Made by a program: the position numbers and the translations under genes. The notes under the pieces were generated by a model that did not search any database, was not told the DNA's origin, and saw nothing but the letters and a program-made list of their open reading frames with translations. Below, one piece after another: positions 53,892 through 64,000 of a stretch of 64,000 nt of DNA; within the stretch, counting starts at the first letter, position 1, and each line of letters begins with the position of its first letter. The stretch comes from the human T2T-CHM13v2.0 reference genome, Homo sapiens, in the NCBI RefSeq assembly GCF_009914755.1, contig NC_060934.1, one strand, 5' to 3'.

Positions 53892-56800
53892 TCATTCTCT
53901 CTTGAGCTTTCCCAGTTTTGAACAAATAACATGGATTACTGCTTTTGCCAGAAATCTAAATAAGTTAAATGTTTTAGACAAATAAACATGATTAATGACA
54001 CCACCTATTAACGCATCAGAGCACTACAGTGAGCAGCCCCAACAACCGTGCAAGGACCACAGTTCAAAACTAGTACGTGGGCTTTAGTAATGGCAACCCA
54101 CGTTCCAGTCCTGTGCCACTCCTTTCTGTGAATCTGGGCAACTCGCCTCATCTCTCGAACCTTATACATGGCGAACAGCCTTTAAGCTATAGCAATTAAT
54201 TAGAATATTCATTTAGTTTAGACGCATTCACAATTTCAAAATAAGATGTATGAATTCATTAGTTTTTCCTCCTAAAGTGATAAACTGCCTGGGGACCACC
54301 AGTTAGCCCACCCTGGATGGTCAGTGATCTATTAACCACACCGTGAGAAACCCCATTCGGATGACAAATTGGCTTTGTAAGTTTGCTGTCTTTCCAACTC
54401 AAGCTCCACTCAGGGTTTACCACTTTACAATGTACCAAAGGGTACATAGAGCTTGGAGCAAATACAGGTGCAAGATGTTTGCAATTGCAGCGGCGTCCCC
54501 TCCACGTTGCCATGTCTTGCCAGGAGGATGGTGATGCGTCTGCATCTGCTCAGTAAGAAGTGTCTTTGAAGGGCTGGATAGATAGTGCTGAAGGTATCAG
54601 ATCCTTTATTGCCCAGCTTGAGAAGAAAGCACTTTTTTCTTATTCACAATGAGTAGTACCAAGCATTGTCAGTTTTATTTAGAAACCTAAACATAGACTG
54701 TTAGAACAGAAATGAAAAATCAAGAAACTTTGTGGAAAAAGGAAAAAGACAGAAGTAAATACACCAAGCAAGTAGACAAACGGAACTACTGTGATCGCAT
54801 GCTGCATTGGGATCTATGGAGCACCTAGATCCTAGTAATACAAATTAGACATAAAATTGACATATTTCCCAGGAACTCTATACATGGGCTGGGTTGCCAA
54901 GTTCTGCTATAAATTTACATGGAGCAAAAACATCTCTAGGAAAGGCAAATGAGGCGTTTTGATCTATGAGCTCAAGCTTCAATGTCTAGGATATCCTGAA
55001 AGTCCTCCTATGATTTGTCTTGGAGTGAAGGGGAAAAAAAAATTTAAACTAAAGCCAAGCCAACAGGAAATTTGCACTTTTTCATATTTGAGAGCCAAAT
55101 GAGCTGCTGAAATACATAGTAAGAGTTCAAAATGTGTTCACTGCGGTTTGATTGCATACAGACTTTTCCAGGGAGTTCAGCAAAGCGCATGATACAATCG
55201 AAAGAGTCAGGCAATGTTAGAGGAACCGAGAGAAAAAGAAGTAAAAAAATGGATTCCAGTTTTGGCACTTTCCAGTTCCATTTTGGTGAATACACTCAGG
55301 AGGCTTGAGGGAGCTTAGAACACGAGCTTGGAAAGAGATGCTCAGAGACCCATAAACAGACTGTGGCCATCAGGGAACATGGGGCAGTCAGCCTTCAGCT
55401 GCATTTTTTTTTTTCACCAAGCTTTTAATTTCAATAGGAACACAAGGCACTGATGGAGTGCTTTTGGGTCTCAACTGGTCTCAGATTTTTAAATATTAAG
55501 CCAAATACTCAATTTAATAATGCAGAAGAATTTAATTTTGAGTCCTGACTACAGATCAGTGTCGAATTCTCAAACAAGAAGAGGAGGTGGCAGGGGTAGA
55601 GGGGAGGACAAGAGCTATTGATGTGTTCCCAAGTTCTTCCAGCCTGGTCCAAACATTACTCCATGAGGGTGGGCCCCAGGGGCCTCTGGCTACACTTTCC
55701 CAGGTCTACCTCCCAGGCATTTTATTGCAAATGAAATAGGTTTCTAACCCTCCTTAAATCTATTGTACTCACTATAGCACAGCTGGGCAAAAAAATATTG
55801 GACTGTTGGGCCTCTGAGTGGCAGATGGCACCAGCACACTCACCTTGACAGGGCACGTGGAAACCTGCTCCCTCAGGGCCACAGGGAAATGATTTCCATT
55901 AAATAAAAGCAGAAATACCCTGATTAGAGGGCTATATGGTTAAACCCCAATAACAATTGTTTAGTGGTAATGACTGGAATTTAGAACTCTGTAACTTAAG
56001 AGCTTGGAGGCACATCTCCAAACAAATCAGCCTGCTCTTTCTATATTCCCTGATGGACCCAAGGCTTCGGGGACCCTTCATCAGGGAGATGGGTGGTCTC
56101 TTGCTCTTCTTCCCCATCTTTGGCCAGACTGATCCATGTGTGGTGTAGCCTAAAGAGCTCTGGGCTTAGAAGCGAGATGCCAGGTCCATGCCAATCCTCT
56201 CCAGAGTTCGCTGAGTTCTCCTAGCCAAGTTGTGCCATTTCTGCAGCCTCCATTTTACCCTGGAAGAGGAAGGGGGCGGCATGCATCATCTCTCTCATGC
56301 CTTACAGCTTGGACACGCCGACTTTTGGCACCCAATGATGACAAGTGGGGTCTATGCCCCTTCAGCCCAGGGCAGCACCAGGGCAGGTCAATCAACCTGA
56401 TGTGTCACTCAACAGTGTATCCAAGACTGGGGCTTGGGGTAGTTCATTCCTCAAGTTCCGTTCAAGGTCTGTGTGTATATGATTCTTTAGGGGGAGATAT
56501 GAAATTGACAGCACATTTTGCATCCTTTTCATCACAGGCCCCACTCCAAGCTCCAAATTTGCCTACTGCAGGGTGCTCAATCTCAGCCATCGAAGAGCCC
56601 TTCCTCTGTTCTTGGGGCAGCACCAGAATCCTGTGAGCTTGGTGACGCCAGAAGTCAGAGAAAGGCCCAGCTGAAAGGTCCTGGAGGCAAGTGGCTCTGC
56701 TGCTTCCAAGGAGTTTGGGCACAGGAATCACCCCCCACGCCAGGACCTGTGGTTGATGCCAAGAGTCCAGCCTCCCTAGTAGCCCCACCCGCTGTCCTCC

Positions 56801-57299
56801 AGCGAGGTCTTTCTGTCTCCCAGGGTCAGGGCAGGAGCCAAGCGAGTGTGGAGCCCCATGAATTGAGAAGAACTGCAGAGTTCCAGCTCCTCCAGTCATG
56901 GAGATGTTCCCATCTGCCCAGCATCTCCTGCTGCTCACAGGCAAGCTAGCTGCTGGTGCACTAAAGACTGGCAGGCAGTTTTTCTGAAACTTCTTTTGCT
57001 TTCTGCCCTGCACTTCGAATCAAAGGAACTGAAGCTACTTGCAAAACAATTAACCAACAATTCAGGGACAAGAAAATATCCACGATTAGCTCAGAAAGGT
57101 TTTTTGCTATATAGCCTAAGTCACTCTTGAAGTGCATAGGGACACAACTGGACACATCTCAGAGAACAGGAGGAGGGGGTATTGAAACTTCCCTGTAAAA
57201 CACCAAAATAATAAATAAAGTACAAGATCATAAGTAAAATGACAGTGTAGGCTTTTATGTAGCAAAATGAGTTTGCAATATAAACTCATTCCTTTTTTG

Positions 57300-58100
57300 A
57301 AAAAGTCATGATTTTACATTCACCCAAAATATGATCGACTCAGGAAAGGACCATCAATAGAGACTAAAACCATCACTCATATATTGCTAATGGAAAGATG
57401 CACACTTATCATGAAAAAATATAGCAGTTCTTATCTTAAGCAGCCTCAGTAGTGATGGGGAAACCTGTCCTGTGCCCATGAAGTTCGACCACACGAAGTC
57501 CAGCTATTTTTGCCAAACATATTTACCTTGGGTCAAGCCTTTATACCTAACCTCTGTTTACAGGAGATTCAGAGGCTAGAAGAAAATGTTAAACCCCACC
57601 ACATGGAAACCATCAGAGAAACTCTGCAGTGGGACTTTGCATAAGACAAGGCACCTGGTCTTTTCAAAACAACATCACACAAAAAATAGGAGAGACATGC
57701 TCTAGACAAAAGACACTCAGAAGTGACAACAGCCAGAAGCCGTTCATGGTCCTTCACTGGATTCTGTCTGAAAGAGAAAACCATCAAAGACATTTTGAGG
57801 AAAACTGGAGAAATTTAAGTATGGGCTAAATAGTAGATGAATTTAGGGAATTATTACTACCATTCCTACCTATGATAACGGTGTTTTATGTAAGAGAAAG
57901 TCCTTGTGTTTGGAAGCTGCATGCTGATGTGTTTCGGGAAGTGTGGCATGATGCCTGCACTCACTTTTAAAAGATTCAGCTGGAGCAATAGCTTGAGATA
58001 AGCAAATGTGGGAAATACGAACAACGATCAGATGCATGAGACAAGTGCATGGATGATCACTGTGCTACTCTTTCCGTCTTTCCCTATGATTACAGAAGTC
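57300..58100 (+). mobile_element. L1ME3/4-like 3'UTR remnant
   Basis: GACATTTTGAGGAAAACTGGAGAAATTTAAGTATGGGCTAAATAGTAGATGA.. motif. Confidence 0.6.
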
Positions 58101-58804
58101 CAAGGCAGCTTGGAAATATGAAGGCGTGCCTGGCTGTCTGGTGGGAACTAAGGGTCTAAGCCATGCAAAGCCCACGTCAGAATGGCAGGACAAAGGAAGC
58201 CGCTGTCGGACAGCAGGCTTCACACAGGTGAAAAATGAGTTTTACAACAGTACATGCCAAAGATCTTGGGGTTGCCGAGCCTAGCTTGATGGACAGATTG
58301 TGTTAGCTGTGAGATCATTGGTTATATTGATCAAGATCAAGGTAATAGAAATGCCAGTGGGAGCTGGCTCTGGAGTGTGGGTTTCCCCAGGAGAACACAG
58401 CAGACCTCCCAGAACCATGCATTTCTTATTAGCATATTCAGTGTGAGATGAAGCATCTTACTTAGTTTCGCATTTGATCTTTGTATGAAAGTGCTTTAAA
58501 CAAAATTACACACACTGATATACCCCAGCATTAACCTTCCTAGAGGATAACTTTGTTCTGTGTTCAAAAGTATCAGTGGCTCTCCATTACCTACTGAGGA
58601 AAACAAACTATTTAGTGTAGCGTTGTGGGCCTTCTCTGATCTCCCCAAACCACCTTTCTAGCCTTCTTTGCTTTAGTTCCTTACTGGGCCTGTGATCAGC
58701 CATGCTGGGCCGCTTGCCATTCTTCTAAATTCAGCTTCTGTTTCTGAACCTTTGCAGGTTTATTCCACCAAGAAAGCACTCCCATCTCCATCTCTCTGGA
58801 GTTA

Positions 58805-59005
58805 AAGCTGCCTGGGACAGAATCCAAGTTTCACCATTGATTGGCTGTATAGGGAAGTCACTTCAACCTCTTTAAGCCTCAGTTTTCCCTTCTGCATAAT
58901 TAGCTTAATGCTGACTTCACAAAATGGTTGTAAGGATTAAAAGAGATAAATACCATGTGTCTGGCTTTGGGCTAATACATTTACATATAAGGACTCAATT
59001 AATGT
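58805..59005 (+). mobile_element. MIR
   Basis: AAGTCACTTCAACCTCTTTAAGCCTCAGTTTT..GGTTGTAAGGATTAAA. Confidence 0.75.
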
Positions 59006-59479
59006 TTATCTATCTATCCATTCATCTATCCATCTACCTATCTATCTCTCTATTGCATCATCGTCATCATTAATCAGTATTCAGTAAATGTCAGGTAAAT
59101 GAATAAATAGAATAATATTAGATAAAAGAATATTCAAAGGCCCCGACTGTGTAGTGATGCCAAGCCGAATCGAATCCAGGAGGGTCCTGTTCTGGATCCA
59201 CGGTGCCCCAGATTGAACCAGGCTGATTTCCTGGGCCTTGATTCTAGGGGCTCCTGGCAGCACAGGGTGGAATGCAGGGCAAGCAGGACATCCTCTGAGG
59301 GGCTAGTTAAGGTGAACCTACAGAGGATCATTGCAAGGAGAACATTATCTGTCCCACTCTCCACTGGTTCCACAGGAGGGAATCCAAAACCTCAGCTGGG
59401 TCCCAGTCAGGGAAAGACAGAGGAAGATTCCTTCCTAACATCTGACCTTAACCTTGGACCCACATTTGGAGAATTCCCT

Positions 59480-59770
59480 GAACTCACTGTCTCCTCCCAC
59501 CTGGCTCATCTTGACTCCTCCCTTTTGCTTTGAGAAGTCTTCCTGGATGCCTCTGCCAGGCTGGACCTCTGTGCTCCCCTTCCTGGCCCCATAACACCTA
59601 GTCCTTCCCTCCAGCATAGCTCAGTTTGTCTTATTTGGAAACACTGTGCTTCTCTGCTTCCTTGCAGCACATGCTCCTTGAGCCAGGAGGCTGTGCGTGG
59701 CCATCCACCCAGTATTTAGCACAGGGCCTGGCACACGGCAGACAGTAAAGGACCATTTGTTGAATGGGCA
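59480..59770 (+). mobile_element. L2 3' end
   Basis: TAGCACAGGGCCTGGCACA..ATTTGTTGAATG. Confidence 0.65.
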
Positions 59771-61051
59771 ACAGTTGGCAACAGGCACACAGGAAGTATC
59801 CCCGGATGGTGCTGGTGACGTTGATGATAGGCCCACATCAGCACAGCCAAGGCAGCATAGCCAAGCTTACTTGGAAGCATCCAAGATGAAGCCATCTTGG
59901 GAAAAACAAAGCCACAATGAGCACTTAACACCTGGCCAGTAGTGGGAGGAGTGAATGAGTATCAGTTTGCCATCGCTCTTCAGGGCAGCCTGGTGGGAGC
60001 CAGTGCCACCTCTACCACCAGGGCCCAAGTGGCTGGCAAGTGTTCCCTCATGCATCTGTGGGCTGGTAACATCACGGTGAGGCCAGGCTGCTTCAGGGCC
60101 ATTTGCAAACAGATTACCCTCTAGGTGCCATATTCCAAGTGAGTGGAGAGCAAGTCCACAGCTGAATACAAAAGCGACATGTTTCCTTTTGTTCTGCTTT
60201 CCCTTCTCTGTAAAACTCACCACTTTTCAAATCAGACATGGATGAAGCTCTGGGGCTTGGCAAACTTAGGGAACATAAAGTTTGCAGAGAATTGTTTAAA
60301 CAGAAAAAGCAGAGAGCTTTCCACCAGCTTCTCTCTGTCTGCAGCACTCCGCAATATGGGAATCTACCGGGAGCAAGTACCAGGAATGAATTCCAAATGA
60401 CCTGGAAGAACTACTAAGCGAAGAGGGATGGAGGTCTGCAAAGTCCCAGCTCCACTCAGGGGCAACAAGAGAGGAAAACAAAAACAGAGAAGGGGAACTC
60501 GAGGCAAGTTCCATCTTGGATCTCAGCTCTGCCTCCTGGGCTGGGAGGGCAACGCCGCGCAGTGTGAGCTGGCTGTGGCCTCTCGTCCCCTCCGGCCCTG
60601 TCAGAAGCAGGCCAGGGCTCTGTGGTCCCAGCCTTCATGTGGAAGCACTCATGCTCATACTCAACATCGCCTGGCTCACAGCACACGCTTCGTCACATTT
60701 GCAAAGGGAAGAAACAAGCAGGAGTGCCCCTTAGCTTCCCTCCTCACCTGCTGCTGCTGTATTATCACAGTCATGGTATTATCAGTGTGACTAACTAGCA
60801 CATAAATAGGAAGACATGATTTATAATGATGTCCTGCATGTATTAACACATTGAGAAATTCCGTGAGGTGAGGATTAGTAACTTATTTTACAAATTAAAT
60901 CATATTAGGCAAGTCATCTAAACTTCCAGGTTTTGATATACTTACTAACCTAAACTCTTACAGACATTCAACCCAATCTTACTACCTCATCAGCATCTCA
61001 TAACCACAGCTTCTTAGAATGACAAACTATGAAAGAGATCCATAAATAATT

Positions 61052-61215
61052 CTTTTATATTTAGTAATTTTAATTTTAAAAAATATTTTTAAAATATTTA
61101 AATAAAATACTTAAAATTATTTAAGTAATAAATATTTAAATACTCCTTTATTTAATAAAATAATTTAAGTATTTTATTTAAATATTCAGTAAATATTTAA
61201 AAAATAATTTTAATG
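61052..61215. repeat. Extremely AT-rich tract with an internal inverted repeat
   Basis: Arms 61093-61122 and 61158-61186 are reverse complements with a single indel. Confidence 0.85.
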
Positions 61216-61219
61216 TTCT

Positions 61220-62830
61220 TAAAAAAGTAACCTATGCCCATTTACAAAAATTAAACTGGAGAATAGGATCCATGGGGTGCAGAAGGAAGGGAAGTCTCTC
61301 TCCACCCCAGCCATCAAACTTCACTGTCAGATGTAGACATCATAACTAGTTTCTTGTATCCTCATACATATACAAATGTGTGTGTGTGTGCATGTGTGTG
61401 TGTGTGATCTTTATGTATACAAGTGGCGTGTGTGATGCATATTGTAATACATCTTGATTTTTTAAAAATAAATATATAACTTGGAGATTTTTTCCATATC
61501 AGTAAATAACTCATGTTTTTAATGTTTGTTATATACATAAAATATAATGTATTATATTTTATGGATATAACAGAAATTATTCAATGAGTTACCTATCATT
61601 GAACAATATTTTTAAGTTTTTTTGTCACCATTAAAAAAAACATGCTGTATATCTTTTTTTAACGGGTGCCTAAGGAGAATTCCTGGTTAAAAAGGTACGT
61701 AGATAATTATCAAATTGCTTCCAAAGAGGATGCACAAAGTTACACCTACATTAAACATGCACAAAATGCCTCTTTTCACTCAACATGATGAATACAGTAT
61801 ATTAAGATTTTTTAAGTTTTTTATCAATCTCATAGATCATAGTATCTCATTTAAATGTATTTAATTAACTTCTTTAGTAAAGAGTAAAGTTGAGCTTTTT
61901 ACCCTAAATTCAAAAGTCATTTATATTTCTTTGTGCGTGTAATTTCACTCCTCTTTCTCAGAATTTTATATTGCATCCTGACTTTTTCTAATTGACCTGA
62001 AAGAGCTCTTTACATGCCAAGAAATGAAGATCTCTATTTATCATGTAGGTGGCCAAACTCTGACTTGTTTCTCCGATTTGTTGTTTGTCTTTTCACTTTG
62101 AGCAATTTTCCTTGACAAATGGTAAGTTTGCATAATTTTTTAAAATTGTGGCATGTGGATATTTTTCCTGTTAAGTTTTTCCCAGCCTGAACTTATATAA
62201 ATAAGATTATCCCGTTTTCTTTTCTAGTATTTTTAAGTTGAATTTGGCACCTTTAAGTCTTTGATACATCTGGCATTTACATTGGTATCTAGGGAATTAG
62301 CTGGGGGTATAGATTGGATTTGTTTGTCAAATGGCTAGTTAATGTTTCAACAATGCTTCTTATATAATCCATGAGTTTTCCACTGATCTTAAATACTATA
62401 GTTATTGTATTCTAAATGTATATATGTGTTAGAGTTTATCTTTGTCTCTATTTTTTTACCTTGTTCTTGTCTACTCCGTCAACCCCCAATTGTTTAATTT
62501 ACTCTAGTTTCATAACACATGTAATATCTGGATTTTTTTACCTCATTTATTTTTCATCTTCAGATTTTTTCTTTCTATTTATGCAAGAATAATATTCTTA
62601 TGAAATTTAGAATTTGATAATGTAAAAAAAATTGTGTTGAGATGTCTATTGGGATTACATTTAGTTTACATTGCTGAAATATTTATTCATTCTAAGAACA
62701 GGGCATTTTTTTCCTTGTAAGTCTTTCAGCAGGATTTTAATTTTTTTTTTCATATGGATGTTTTACATTGTTGGCTTGGCTTATTCTAATTATTTTGGTC
62801 ATTGTTGAAATTGTAAGTGAGAACTTTTTT
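61220..62830 (-). mobile_element. Ancient L1M (L1ME-like) antisense fragments
   Basis: T-rich degenerate ORF2/3' sequence (TTTAAGTCTTTGATACATCTGG, ATTGGGATTACATT). Confidence 0.6.
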
Positions 62831-62889
62831 CCTACTAGGAAAGAAATGCAAACATGCGCGAGCATGCACACACACATACATATATGTAT

Positions 62890-64000
62890 GTATGTATCTC
62901 CGTAGATTAAGATTCATATTCTAGCACTAAGACCAAAACTGAAATAGATCCACTCTAACAAAAGCTAAAGGCAAGCTGACAGGATCAGGAGATCTGCCAA
63001 TAGTTTAATTACCTACCAGAACAGAGCTTAACATCCATTAAAGGCAACATAACAATACACCCTACAACATGTTATAAATGTTCAGCATACAATAAAAAAT
63101 TATTACACAAAGCAGGAAAATGTTATTCATAATCATAAGAAGAAGCATTCCATGGAAATATACATATGCTGGAGAATTTAAAGGCAAAGAGGTAGATAAA
63201 ATGTGAAGGGAGCAGGAATCTTAGCAGAAAAGGAAGACCCAAAGGTAAGTTCTATTCCAGAAGAGCAAAATATCCGAAGTAAAATATTCATCCAGATGAG
63301 CTACTCAGCAGGTTAGAGAGCAAAGAAAGGGCCCATAACTAAAAACTGACCAGTAGAAACTCTACAAACACAGAGAAAGAAAAACATAGAGAAGAAAGTT
63401 TTTTGTTTTTGTTTTTGTTTTGTTTTTGTTTTTTTACGAACAGAGCCTCAATAACCTGGAGGAGAAAAATTAGCAATGGAGTAAGTTTGCGACAGGATTT
63501 CCAGAAGGAGAGAAAGGACGGAATAGGTCAGAAAAACATATAGTTATATATAACAAATAAATAATGCTGAACTATTTTCAAGTTTCAGGAAAAGCGTCCA
63601 TCTACAGGTTGAAGAAGCACAACAATCCTGAACTGGGAAAACGCAAAGAGAACCATGCCTGCGCACACCTCACGGGAAACCGGTTGAAAATCAATGATAC
63701 AGAACACCCTGAAAAGAGCCATAGACAAATAACACATTAAATACACAGAAAAAAACAAAGACAGCTGGCTTCTCAGCAATCAACCAATCAAGGCCAAAGA
63801 TGAAGGAATAACATCTTTAAAGTGATAAAAAGTAAACACTGCCAATCCCTTATTTTACATGCACCGAAACTACTTGTGGCAATCAACAAAAAGCAGTAGA
63901 TAAGAAAAATTTGTAGCTTTAAATGAAGATATTTCCAGAAAAAACTATAAAGTCACTGGTAGTAGATTTCTTCTAAGAAGATAGAACATGCACAGCAAAT
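62890..64000 (+). mobile_element. Ancient L1M 5'/ORF1 region
   Basis: CAGAGCCTCAATAACCTG..TTCCAGAAGGAGAGAAAG..GGAATAACATCTTTAAAGTG, typical degenerate L1M ORF1. Confidence 0.65.

Noticed and set aside
56232-57013. Cluster of 134-183-aa ORFs
   Set aside because: Overlapping on both strands with no protein-like signature.

Overview
Primate genomic DNA, probably human or another catarrhine (AluJ/S/Y, L1PA, HSMAR2, MSTA). The window is non-coding, either a gene desert or a long intron. I find no credible protein-coding gene, RNA gene or CRISPR array, and the ORF track is explained by Alu/L1/microsatellite translations and chance ORFs. A large share of the window is interspersed repeat, including a full-length dead HSMAR2 mariner and two three-level nested transposon stacks. 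Repeat-free islands rich in homeodomain, FOX, nuclear-receptor and octamer motifs look like developmental enhancers (inference). The most unusual features visible directly in the sequence are local template-switch scars: (1) an L1PA whose 5' end carries an inverted copy of its own flank, giving a ~170-bp palindrome; (2) an Alu plus an inverted Alu fragment inside one target-site duplication; (3) a FLAM with an internal direct-plus-inverted duplication; (4) a 64-bp templated insertion in a microsatellite; (5) a perfect 48-bp tandem duplication. I cannot support a claim of a new biological system. Repeat subfamily names come from recalled consensus sequences, and old-repeat boundaries are approximate.
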